Part shown: positions 10,271 to 18,951 of the stretch, in pieces
Layout: every line of letters starts with the position of its first letter
Numbering within the stretch: the first letter of the stretch is position 1
Assembly (NCBI RefSeq): GCF_000025945.1
Contig: NC_006138.1
Coordinates: 2,040,001-2,072,000 of the forward strand
Direction: 5' to 3'
Source: Desulfotalea psychrophila LSv54
GTDB lineage: Bacteria > Desulfobacterota > Desulfobulbia > Desulfobulbales > Desulfocapsaceae
DNA: 32,000 nucleotides
Notes under the pieces: generated by a model
Databases searched by the model: none
Told to the model about the DNA's origin: nothing
The model's input: only the letters and a program-made list of their open reading frames with translations
Program-made: the position numbers and the translations under genes

Positions 10271-10960
10271 ATGCGAATACTTATGGCTGTCTGTATGGTT
10301 TTTCTTATGAGTCTCCACGCTCAGGCAGGTCCTCTCCCTGCGGCCCCGCATATCGTGGTTGCTGGTGGCTCCGAGGTGAAGGCAGTTCCTGATACTCTCT
10401 CTATGTCTCTGCAGATAATAGAGGTTGGCAGGGATGCTGAGCAGGCTCGAGCAGAGGTTGAAAAACGGGCACGGAAATTGATCGAGACCGCTAAGGGGCT
10501 GGGGATAAAGGCTGGGGATATTAACTCTGCTGCTCTCTCGGTTACCCCCAAATATAATTGGAAAAATAATCAGCAAATCTATACAGGTACCGAGGTTTCA
10601 CGGAGTGTAGCTCTGACCCTGCGTGATCTCTCTAAGTACGATGCCCTTATTCAGGCTGTGCTTAAGAGCAATGTTGTTCGTATCAACAGTACTCAACTCA
10701 GCTCTTCCAAGGATAAAGAGATTCAGGCAGAGGCCCTGCAAAAGGCGGTGGCCGATGCTAAGATTCAAGCTCAACTCTTGGTAGCGGGGCTTCCACAACA
10801 GGTAGGCGATGTTTATGCGATAAATGCCACATCTCGTCCCATGCAGGCAGCTCCTGCCATGTATCGTATGGCGGCGCAGGTAAATGACAGTGCCTTTGAA
10901 CCCGGCACCCTCTCTTATTCTAAATCTGTTCAGGTAGTATTTTATTTAATCAGTAGGTAA
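10271..10960 (+). CDS. SIMPL-domain (DUF541) periplasmic protein
   Basis: Signal peptide (MRILMAVCMVFLMSLHAQAGPL), then IVVAGGSEVKAVPDTLSMSLQIIEVGRDAEQARAEVEKRA... typical of SIMPL/YggE proteins. Confidence 0.85.
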   Translation: MRILMAVCMVFLMSLHAQAGPLPAAPHIVVAGGSEVKAVPDTLSMSLQIIEVGRDAEQARAEVEKRARKLIETAKGLGIKAGDINSAALSVTPKYNWKNNQQIYTGTEVSRSVALTLRDLSKYDALIQAVLKSNVVRINSTQLSSSKDKEIQAEALQKAVADAKIQAQLLVAGLPQQVGDVYAINATSRPMQAAPAMYRMAAQVNDSAFEPGTLSYSKSVQVVFYLISR

Positions 10961-11022
10961 GGATGCCCTGGGCAGGAGGACACCAGCCCTCCTGCCCTTC
11001 ACCTCTAGCCATATAGGTAACT

Positions 11023-12243
11023 ATGCCTCGTTTTTCAGCCTGCCTTCTTGCCCTCTTTATTCTGCTCTGCTCTCCGCTTCTCTCCACCTGGAGCCATGCC
11101 GATCAGGGCTTTGCCAGCTGGGTAGAGAACTTCTATCAACAGGAAGCACGGCCTGTAGGGATCAGCCGCCAGACCTTTGACAGTGTCTTCTCCCGGGTCA
11201 CGGCCCCGGAGCCAGTGGTCCTCAAAAAGGCGAAATATCAGCCAGAGTTTACCACGGAGATATGGGATTATCTGGATATGCGACTGACTCCCCTTGCCGT
11301 TAGCCGTGGCCAGAAGATGGCTAGGAAGTATAGTCATACTCTGCAGAAGATAGAGACGCAATTTGGCGTGAGCCGTTTTGTGGTGCTTGCCATCTGGTCC
11401 ATGGAATCTAATTACGGTGCTGTCCTCAGTAATAAGAGCCGACTTCACTATGTGCCGACAGCCCTTGCCACCCTTGCCTACCAGGACAAGAGACGGGCCC
11501 GCTTTGCTCGCAAACAGCTTATTGCCGTTTTGCAAATGGTGCAGGCAGGAGAGGTGCAACCTCAACAGCTGGTTGGCAGTTGGGCCGGAGCGATGGGTCA
11601 TACTCAGTTCATCCCCAGCAGTTACAGGGCCTATGCGGTCAGCCTGGATAAGAGGGGAGGCAGTGATATCTGGAATTCGGTTCCCGATGCCTTGGCCTCT
11701 GCCGCTAATCTACTCCATAAAAATGGCTGGCAGACAGGGCGAACCTGGGGCTATGAGGTCATGAGCCCTGGGAATGGCGAGTTGTACAGGGATAAGAGCA
11801 TGGCACTCGGTGAGTGGAGTCAAAAGGGTTTTAGGCGATCGGCCCATAGGCAGTTTCCCCATCTAGAGGAGAGAGCTTTTCTAAAGCTTCCTGGCGGAGG
11901 AAATAATCCGGGGTTTTTAGTAATTAAAAACTTTTCGGTTCTAAAAAGATATAATAACTCTGATTACTATGCCTTGGCCGTTGGTCTCCTGGCCGATCGC
12001 ATTGCCGGTTTCAGGGGTATGCAACAGAAATGGATTCTTCCCCTCGGTGCCCTTAGTCTGGAGGAGAGATATGAGAGCCAACGCCTGCTTCGCTCGCATG
12101 GGTACTATGCCGGAACTATCGATGGTAATCTTGGTCGTGGCAGTCGGGATGCCATTCGTCGCTTCCAGCAGGTTCGGGGGCTGAAGGATACCGGTATTGC
12201 CAATAAAGACATTTTGACCCTGTTACGCAAGGCCAGAAAATAG
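11023..12243 (+). CDS. Lytic murein transglycosylase (MltB family) with C-terminal peptidoglycan-binding domain
   Basis: Signal peptide; AIWSMESNYGAVLSNKSRLHYVPTALATLAY, GSWAGAMGHTQFIPSSY; C-terminal LRSHGYYAGTIDGNLGRGSRDAIRRFQ. Confidence 0.92.
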   Translation: MPRFSACLLALFILLCSPLLSTWSHADQGFASWVENFYQQEARPVGISRQTFDSVFSRVTAPEPVVLKKAKYQPEFTTEIWDYLDMRLTPLAVSRGQKMARKYSHTLQKIETQFGVSRFVVLAIWSMESNYGAVLSNKSRLHYVPTALATLAYQDKRRARFARKQLIAVLQMVQAGEVQPQQLVGSWAGAMGHTQFIPSSYRAYAVSLDKRGGSDIWNSVPDALASAANLLHKNGWQTGRTWGYEVMSPGNGELYRDKSMALGEWSQKGFRRSAHRQFPHLEERAFLKLPGGGNNPGFLVIKNFSVLKRYNNSDYYALAVGLLADRIAGFRGMQQKWILPLGALSLEERYESQRLLRSHGYYAGTIDGNLGRGSRDAIRRFQQVRGLKDTGIANKDILTLLRKARK

Positions 12244-12268
12244 TTGGAGCATCGTCCTCGTCTATTGG

Positions 12269-12296
12269 AAAATCCCTCTTTTCTCGGGGGATTTTT
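12269..12296 (+). terminator. Probable rho-independent terminator
   Basis: AAAATCCC (12269-12276) pairs with GGGATTTT (12288-12295); followed by TTCCCC rather than a long T-run. Confidence 0.55.
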
Positions 12297-12425
12297 CCCC
12301 ATCGCATTATTCTCGGTTGAACTCATCCTGATTTACAAATATGGCGGATAGAAGTATATTGGGCGACATTTATGATAATTACCCATACCTTCAATAGCTA
12401 AAAATAATAAAAGACATCATTGCCC

Positions 12426-13715
12426 ATGAGGATATTACTCGTTAATCCGCCTAATAGTGGTCGTTCTATCCCCGAAGAACGCTATGGCATCACCTCCCTC
12501 AAGCAGATATTTCGTGGTGAACCGCTGGGCCTTGAGGTACTGGCGGCCAGTTTGAGTAAGCATGAGGTACGCATTTTGGATCTGAAGGTTGTCCCCCAAC
12601 TGTTGGAGGAGACCCTTGAGCTATTTGCTCCGGATATAGTTGCCTTTACCGCCATGACCTGTGAGGCTCAGGCGGTTTTGCAATTGGCCTCTCAGGTAAG
12701 GGCCTGTGACGAGCGTATTCTGATCACCGTTGGTGGTGTTCATGCCTCATCTGATCCGGAATTTTTCAACAGGGAGATGATCGACTGGATTATTATTGGC
12801 CTCGGTGTTCAGTCCTTTCCCCTCTTGGCTGAGGCCTTGGAGAGAGGTCTCTTGGTAGAGATTGATGGAGTCGCCCGCAGCCAAGCGGGTAAAAAACTTG
12901 TCTACAGGCCTCGCTCTTTTAGTCAAGATGATCTCTTGACAATATCACCCCGATATGACCTTGTTCATGAGTATCGTCCCAGCTATATCCTGGAGACTCT
13001 GGGGCTTCAGCTTGGCTTTGTTTCCACTGCTGCCGGATGTCCCTTTGACTGCTCTTTTTGTTGTATTGGGCCCCTGACCGGTGGCAGGTATTTCACTGCC
13101 AAAATTGAAAATGTTATCCGTGATATTCAGAGAGTGCCCACCCCGGTTATTCGCCTGGTGGATGCCAATACCTTTGGCAAACCCAAGCATGCGGAAGAGC
13201 TGGCCCGGGCAATTGGCCACTATGGTATTAAAAAGCAGTTTATTGCCGATGTTCGCTCCGATACCGTTGTTCTTCACCCACAGTTGATGAGGCAGTGGCG
13301 GGAAATCGGCCTGCGAGCGGTGATTATCGGCTTTGAAGAGATTGACGATTCCGCCCTGGGGGCTATGAACAAGAAGAACAGCGCCGCAACCAATAAACAT
13401 GCCATTGAGATACTGCATGATCTGGGTATTACCATTGTCGGCGACTTTATCATTTCACCGGATTATCGGGAGGAGCAGTTTGAGCGTCTCGATGCCTTTG
13501 TTCAGGCCCAGGCCATAGAGCTGCCCATGTATACGGTGCTTACTCCGCTGCCGGGGACTGCTCTTCATAGAGAGGTCCGGGATCAGATAATCCTGGATGA
13601 TCTTGACTATTACACCCTGACGAATGCTGTTCTCCCCACCTATCTTGATGAGCAGCTCTTCTATCAACGTTATGCAGATCTCTTGGCCAAGGGACACCGC
13701 TCTGCAAAGGTTTAA
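12426..13715 (+). CDS. B12-binding-domain radical SAM protein
   Basis: N-terminal cobalamin-binding-like domain (LLVNPPNSG..., GVHASSDPEFF, DWIIIGLGVQSFPLL) and radical SAM CxxxCxxC (GCPFDCSFC). TTG 12420 is an alternative start. Confidence 0.85.
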   Translation: MRILLVNPPNSGRSIPEERYGITSLKQIFRGEPLGLEVLAASLSKHEVRILDLKVVPQLLEETLELFAPDIVAFTAMTCEAQAVLQLASQVRACDERILITVGGVHASSDPEFFNREMIDWIIIGLGVQSFPLLAEALERGLLVEIDGVARSQAGKKLVYRPRSFSQDDLLTISPRYDLVHEYRPSYILETLGLQLGFVSTAAGCPFDCSFCCIGPLTGGRYFTAKIENVIRDIQRVPTPVIRLVDANTFGKPKHAEELARAIGHYGIKKQFIADVRSDTVVLHPQLMRQWREIGLRAVIIGFEEIDDSALGAMNKKNSAATNKHAIEILHDLGITIVGDFIISPDYREEQFERLDAFVQAQAIELPMYTVLTPLPGTALHREVRDQIILDDLDYYTLTNAVLPTYLDEQLFYQRYADLLAKGHRSAKV

Positions 13716-13718
13716 ATA

Positions 13719-14867
13719 ATGTCTGTTTATATTACTGATATCGCATCTTTTCTGCCAAATGCCCCGGTGGATAACGAGCAAATGGAAGAGATCCTGGGTA
13801 TGGTTAATCAGTTGCCCTCCAGAACAAGGCGCATCATCCTCCGTAATAACCGGATCAAGACCCGCTATTATGCTATTGATCCTGTGACGGGTGAAACGAC
13901 TCATAGCAATACCCAGTTGACGGCCGAGGCGGTGAGGAGGTTGCGTCCAGCGGCCAACTTTCAACTCGATGAGATTGAATGTCTCTGCTGCGGTACTTCA
14001 TCACCCGATCAGCTCATGCCCGGTCATGCCCCCATGGTCCATGGCGAACTGGGCAATGCGGCCTGCGAGGTAATGACTGCCGCCGGTATTTGCACCTCCG
14101 GGATGACGGCCATGCGCTATGCCTGGCTTAATGTTCTGGCGGGACAGAGTAGTAATGCGGTGGCCACCGGCTCTGAGCTGGCCTCGACCTTTATGCGTTC
14201 GCGTCTTTGTAACTCGGTGGTTAGTGAGGAGAAGATTGAGCAGATGGAAAAACAGCCCGTGCTCTCCTTTGAGGCAGATTTTCTGCGCTGGATGCTCTCC
14301 GATGGGGCTGGAGCCGCCTATCTGACCAATGCGCCCAGGGCGGAGGGACTCTCTCTGAAGATTGAGTGGATTGATCTGCTCTCCTTTGCCCATGAGCTCC
14401 CGACCTGTATGTATGCCGGAGCCAGTAAGGGGAAGAGTGGTGCGCTGGTCGGTTGGCGAGAGCACGCTCCCGTCGATGCCTTGAGTCAGGGGGCCATGCT
14501 TATTAAGCAGGATGTGAAGCTGCTCAACGAGGAGATCATTACCACCGCCGTTGAACGGACCCTCCCGAGGTTAATAGAGAAGTATGATCTGCAGGCCGAG
14601 GAAATTGACTGGTTTCTTCCCCACTACTCTTCGGATTATTTTCGCTTGGCCTTTTATGAGCGAATGGAAAAAATTGGCTTTGCCATCCCTTTGGATCGTT
14701 GGTTTACCAATCTCACCAGCAAGGGTAACACCGGATCGGCCTCTATCTATATCATTCTCGCCGAGCTCTTTCATTCGGGCAGGATCAAGCGGGGCGAAAA
14801 GATCCTCTGTTTTATCCCTGAGAGTGGTCGCTTTTCCATGTGTTATATGCTTCTCACGGCTTGTTAG
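13719..14867 (+). CDS. Beta-ketoacyl-ACP synthase III-like protein
   Basis: CCGTSSPDQLMPGHAPMVH, AAGICTSGMTAMRYA (active-site Cys region), DWFLPHYSSDYF, NLTSKGNTGSASIYIIL. Starts 4 nt after the radical SAM gene. Confidence 0.82.
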   Translation: MSVYITDIASFLPNAPVDNEQMEEILGMVNQLPSRTRRIILRNNRIKTRYYAIDPVTGETTHSNTQLTAEAVRRLRPAANFQLDEIECLCCGTSSPDQLMPGHAPMVHGELGNAACEVMTAAGICTSGMTAMRYAWLNVLAGQSSNAVATGSELASTFMRSRLCNSVVSEEKIEQMEKQPVLSFEADFLRWMLSDGAGAAYLTNAPRAEGLSLKIEWIDLLSFAHELPTCMYAGASKGKSGALVGWREHAPVDALSQGAMLIKQDVKLLNEEIITTAVERTLPRLIEKYDLQAEEIDWFLPHYSSDYFRLAFYERMEKIGFAIPLDRWFTNLTSKGNTGSASIYIILAELFHSGRIKRGEKILCFIPESGRFSMCYMLLTAC

Positions 14868-15063
14868 TAGTTGGTAATGGTGGTGAGACTGTTTTCTTTT
14901 CCAGCGCATAAAAAAATTGCCTTACTGTAAAGAACATTTCAAGGGGTGTTCCTTGCATTTTTCTCCTCTCTTCTTTAGAACTTCTCCTTGTTTGCCATTG
15001 ATCTATCCACTTGCGAGGAAGATTTAGATCAAAGTTAATATTGACAAGTTTAAATATTTTTTA

Positions 15064-15094
15064 TTGACATTCCCCTACAGGGTAAAGGTATCTT
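15064..15094 (+). promoter_or_regulatory. MerR-type promoter: TTGACA - 19 nt - TATCTT
   Basis: TTGACATTCCCCTACAGGGTAAAGGTATCTT upstream of the transporter; spacer contains CCCT..AGGG dyad and shares TATTGACATTCCCCTACAG exactly with the site at 18148. Confidence 0.7.
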
Positions 15095-15181
15095 CAGGAA
15101 TCAGTAAATTGTTTTTATACGCAAAAACAAACACTTCTATGATATTCCAGTATTTACCTATTAAAAGTTGAGGAGAGAAAA

Positions 15182-16270
15182 ATGGGGCAAACATCTGCTG
15201 CACCAAGTCTTGTTGCTGTTGCAGCGAAAAAACAGCTTGATTCCAGTTTTAGACGAAGAGGGATTACCATAGCATTGGCTTCAGGCCTATTTTATGGATT
15301 TTACACTGCTTTTATGACACTTGGTATGTCTAAAGGTATTTGGCTTGAGTGGTATGGTTCGCAGTCAAATTTATCAGCCTTTGCCGTTATGTATCTCCTC
15401 AGTGCCCTGGGCGCCGCCACCACGGATACCTGCAGTGCTCTCTGGGCTGTCTCTTTTGCAGTACTCAGAGGACGTTTTGGTGATTTTACCCGCTGCATAA
15501 GGACAAAACCGGGTATGGTAATGGTTGCGGCTGCTATCATAGGTGGGCCACTGGCCAGTACAGCCTATGTTATAGGACTTCAGCTAGCAGGATCCATTGT
15601 CGTGCCCATAGCTGCCCTCTGCCCTGCCTTTGGCGCAATAATTGGTCACTTTCTTTTTAAGCAAAAATTAACAGCGCGTATTATGCTGGGAATAGCAATT
15701 TGCTTTGCCGCCAGTTTCCTTATTGGTAGTACAGGGCTTGGTGCTAATGTTCCGGATAATCTCTTTCTTGGTCTCTTCTTCGGTTTGGCTGCCGCAGTTT
15801 TCTGGGGTATAGAGGGATGTATCTGTGGCTATGGAACCTCAATGATTGATCCTGAAATAGGAATTACCATTCGCCAGGTAACCGCTGGTTTTTCAAATCT
15901 ATTTATTCTCGTGCCCCTCTTTGGCATAATTGCTCAGGTAGATAGCTTTGCCATGGTGACCCAATCTTTTACCGATGGTGGTTCGATTATCTATTTTGCC
16001 ATTGCCGGATTGTGTGCCTACCTGACATTTATGTACTGGTATAAAGGTAATGGCATGTGTGGTGCTGCCCTTGGCATGTCCTGTAACGGAACCTTCTCTT
16101 TCTGGGGTCCTTTTTGTTGCTGGATTGTTTTGGGTATTGTTTTTGGCATTGAGGGCTGGTCCATGCCTCCGATAGCTTGGGCTGCGGCCATTCTTATGGT
16201 TATTGGTATTTTTATTATAGCAATGAACCCCTTAGATCTGTTTAAAAAAAGTAATCAGGAGACAGCATGA
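15182..16270 (+). CDS. DMT/EamA-like membrane transporter, probably linked to the microcompartment substrate pathway
   Basis: About 10 hydrophobic segments in two halves (ITIALASGLFYGFYTAFMTLG..., SFLIGSTGLG..., GLFFGLAAAVFWGIEG..., IFIIAMNPLDL). Confidence 0.75.
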   Translation: MGQTSAAPSLVAVAAKKQLDSSFRRRGITIALASGLFYGFYTAFMTLGMSKGIWLEWYGSQSNLSAFAVMYLLSALGAATTDTCSALWAVSFAVLRGRFGDFTRCIRTKPGMVMVAAAIIGGPLASTAYVIGLQLAGSIVVPIAALCPAFGAIIGHFLFKQKLTARIMLGIAICFAASFLIGSTGLGANVPDNLFLGLFFGLAAAVFWGIEGCICGYGTSMIDPEIGITIRQVTAGFSNLFILVPLFGIIAQVDSFAMVTQSFTDGGSIIYFAIAGLCAYLTFMYWYKGNGMCGAALGMSCNGTFSFWGPFCCWIVLGIVFGIEGWSMPPIAWAAAILMVIGIFIIAMNPLDLFKKSNQETA

Positions 16271-16533
16271 TTCCATTAAATTACGCCATCTTGAAATTTT
16301 TTACCAAAAATGATGATGCATCAGCTGATTGTGTTATGAGTGCCTTGCAGGACCAGTACGGTCACTATAAGGCCTTCAAAAAAGGCTCAATCATCAATGC
16401 CATAATGACAGCCGAGGCCAATGGTCTTCTTGAAGAGGCTAGATTAGAGCTTGATCCTAGTCAAGAGCTGAAGGTTTATTACAGGGCCCATGAAGAGGGC
16501 GCTGCAACAATAAACAAGTATATCAAGGGTTAG
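16267..16533 (+). CDS. Small protein, possibly winged-helix-like, translationally coupled to the transporter
   Basis: ATGA overlap with the transporter stop; 88 aa MIPLNYAILKFFTKNDDASADCVMSALQDQYGHYKAFKKGSIINAIMTAEANGLLEEARLELDPSQELKVYYRAHEEGAATINKYIKG. Confidence 0.65.
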   Translation: MIPLNYAILKFFTKNDDASADCVMSALQDQYGHYKAFKKGSIINAIMTAEANGLLEEARLELDPSQELKVYYRAHEEGAATINKYIKG

Positions 16534-16550
16534 TAGAATATTCAGTGTCG

Positions 16551-16577
16551 GTGAGTCTCCTCTTGCAGGAGGCTCAC
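16551..16577 (+). other. Strong hairpin in the transporter operon 3' region
   Basis: GTGAGTCTCCT / AGGAGGCTCAC around CTTGC: 11 bp stem including one G-U; no immediate T-run. Confidence 0.6.
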
Positions 16578-16996
16578 TGGCTCTGTCTGTAGAACCAGAG
16601 AAAAAAATCAGTACCGTTTCTCTCTGTAGGATACCGCTCAGATTAGAGTGGTTTGTAACACCCTGCATTAGAAAGTTATTCTCCCTAGTAAAACCTATCC
16701 TCTCTATTCTCCCCCCTTATTTGTCCAATTTTGAGCTAACAGCTAGGCTGTTTCAGGGTCTCTTATGAATTTGTTTGAGGTGAGGCGAGGTCTATGCATT
16801 TATTTTTCGTCTCTTGACATACGAGAAAGTATCTGTTCCAACAGGAGTTGGATATGATATTTTATTGTTGTCCTTCTCTCAGCGGTCAGAGTGTTTATTT
16901 GGCGACAATACGAAGAGATGGGTCTCTTGTTCTGTCCTGCTTATTGTGCTAGCCCAGCCTTGAATATTGACCGATCCATAAGAGGGATAAGAGAGT

Positions 16997-17848
16997 ATGA
17001 GTCACAAAAAGAAATATTTCATAGGAGATATGAGTAAGATATGTAATTTGTCAAAAAAGGCTCTTCGATTTTATGACAAAATAGGCATAATTCCATCTCA
17101 TAGGCATGACTGTAATAATTACAGGTACTATACCAGTGAATCACTGTTGGCCGTTCCGGTAATAAAGTACTATAAGCAGATGGGGTTTACTCTGGAAGAG
17201 ATGAAGGAGTTTATCGAAGGCAAAGACCCTAACGTTTTTAAGAGTATAAAAAAATCCTTTTTGAATAAAATTAAATCATTTGAAGAGGAGCAGGAGAAGA
17301 TTGAGCGGAAACATATTGCCGTTAAAGACTGGTATGAACTCATTTTGGAAGCTGAGACGGTTATTGAGAACAGTATATCCGATGTTTCCGTTAAGTACAT
17401 CGATAGCGCAGAGCTATTATGTCAGGAGCAATACTATGAAAAAGATATAAAGGCCTCCATTGTCAATATTGACTTTACAAATTATGTCGAAGAGCTGGAT
17501 AACGAGATAACCGGGCCGGTAATAATCTATTTTTCACCCCTGCAAGATAGAATTGAAAATCGGCCACAGGCAATTAAGATTCTGCAAAAAACAATAAAAA
17601 CCTGTAGTAAGAAGAACAGGGAAACATTCGGTGGCTGCATGATGGCTTCCTGTTACCATATAGGTTCGCATGATACGATCCAACAGACATATCAAAAAAT
17701 ATGTAAATGGGCCGGGCAAAATGGTTATGTTCTGGGCAAAGGCTCCTATGAACGGTATGTTACAGATTACTGGACCACGCGGAACACCTCTAAGTTTATC
17801 ACTGAGATATTAATCAAGGCGACCAGAATGAGAGAGGCTATTCAGTAA
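16997..17848 (+). CDS. MerR-family transcriptional regulator with C-terminal GyrI/BmrR-like effector-binding domain
   Basis: N-terminal YFIGDMSKICNLSKKALRFYDKIGIIPSHRHDCNNYRYYTSESLLAVPVIKYYKQMGFTLEEMKEF is a MerR-type HTH; about 120 aa C-terminal ligand-binding-like region. Confidence 0.88.
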   Translation: MSHKKKYFIGDMSKICNLSKKALRFYDKIGIIPSHRHDCNNYRYYTSESLLAVPVIKYYKQMGFTLEEMKEFIEGKDPNVFKSIKKSFLNKIKSFEEEQEKIERKHIAVKDWYELILEAETVIENSISDVSVKYIDSAELLCQEQYYEKDIKASIVNIDFTNYVEELDNEITGPVIIYFSPLQDRIENRPQAIKILQKTIKTCSKKNRETFGGCMMASCYHIGSHDTIQQTYQKICKWAGQNGYVLGKGSYERYVTDYWTTRNTSKFITEILIKATRMREAIQ

Positions 17849-17911
17849 GAGGTGCATTGCTCTCGATGAGTAGTTGTTATCTTAGTTTCTTGTCGTCACG
17901 GGCTGGCAAAG

Positions 17912-17938
17912 CTTCCCCTATAGGGGAGGTCGTTTTTT
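17912..17938 (+). terminator. Probable rho-independent terminator of the merR gene (could alternatively be an operator)
   Basis: CTTCCCC-TATA-GGGGAGG followed by TCGTTTTTT; contains the perfect 14-nt palindrome TCCCCTATAGGGGA (17914-17927). Confidence 0.6.
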
Positions 17939-18147
17939 CCGGAGCAGGTATTTTTGCTCTAAGAGAGCGGTAGCTACCCTGGCAGAACTCCCTCTTTTTT
18001 TCCAACTCTCTACAGCGAATAGATACTCTCTTCCTCCTGTCATGTGAGCATTTTCCCCGGAAAATCAGCTTGAAGCCTGTCTCTTGCGCTAAGGCACAAA
18101 AATGAATAGAGGCCTCTGCCGGCAAAATAATTTTCAAAAACAGTATT

Positions 18148-18179
18148 GACATTCCCCTACAGTGGAGACCTTATAGTGG
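18148..18179 (+). promoter_or_regulatory. MerR-type promoter: TTGACA - 20 nt - TATAGT, driving the BMC/cut operon
   Basis: TTGACATTCCCCTACAGTGGAGACCTTATAGT located 89 nt before the first BMC gene; elongated spacer typical of MerR-activated promoters. Confidence 0.75.
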
Positions 18180-18267
18180 TTAAGTGTAAAAAAAGATGAT
18201 TATAAGGTTCACCTCTTTTGATCAATTGCAACCACTTTCAAACAAGTAACAGCTTGATGGAGATTAT

Positions 18268-18879
18268 ATGGGGTATCACGTTGACGGGGCTTTAGGCTTA
18301 ATTGAAACTCTTGGAATGGTTCCTGCCATTAGTGGCGCGGACGCTATGCTGAAAACAGCTGATGTCACCTTGGTTTCCTATGAAAATATTGGCTCTACTC
18401 TGGTGGCTGTGATGGTCAAGGGAGATACTGCGGCAGTTCAGGCTTCGGTGGATGCGGGGGCCAAGGCTGCGGCCAAAGTAGGCCAGGTTACAGCGCAAAA
18501 TGTTATGCCCCGCCCTGTTCGGGAGGTGGATGCTATTGCTGCCGTTCACGGTATAGACAGATCTGAGGCGGTCAGCGGGTCGCGACCAAAATCCATGGGC
18601 TTTGTTGAGACCTTTGGCATTGTTTTTGCCCTGGAAGCAATCGATGCCATGGTTAAGGCTGCCAATGTAGAGGTTATCGGCTATGAGAACGTCGCCTCGG
18701 GATATATATCCGTATTAGTTGAGGGTGATGTCGCTGCCTGCCAGGCCGGCGTTGCTGCAGGCGTTCAGGCTGTTGAACGGATGGGTGGAGAGGTACATAG
18801 CTCTCTTGTTATCCCCACCCCTCACCCTGATATAGAGCTGATAACCAGGACCTATGCCTTGGATAAACTTTTACCCTAG
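18268..18879 (+). CDS. Tandem-domain bacterial microcompartment shell protein (BMC-T)
   Basis: Two BMC repeats: GALGLIETLGMVPAISGADAMLKTADVTLVSYENIGSTLVAVMVKGD... and SMGFVETFGIVFALEAIDAMVKAANVEVIGYENVASGYISVLVEGD... Confidence 0.93.
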   Translation: MGYHVDGALGLIETLGMVPAISGADAMLKTADVTLVSYENIGSTLVAVMVKGDTAAVQASVDAGAKAAAKVGQVTAQNVMPRPVREVDAIAAVHGIDRSEAVSGSRPKSMGFVETFGIVFALEAIDAMVKAANVEVIGYENVASGYISVLVEGDVAACQAGVAAGVQAVERMGGEVHSSLVIPTPHPDIELITRTYALDKLLP

Positions 18880-18951
18880 CCCTCCGTTACTGACAGATGA
18901 TATTGGCAGAAACCTCAACCTGCATGCAGGGTGTAGATAAAGGCAAATATA

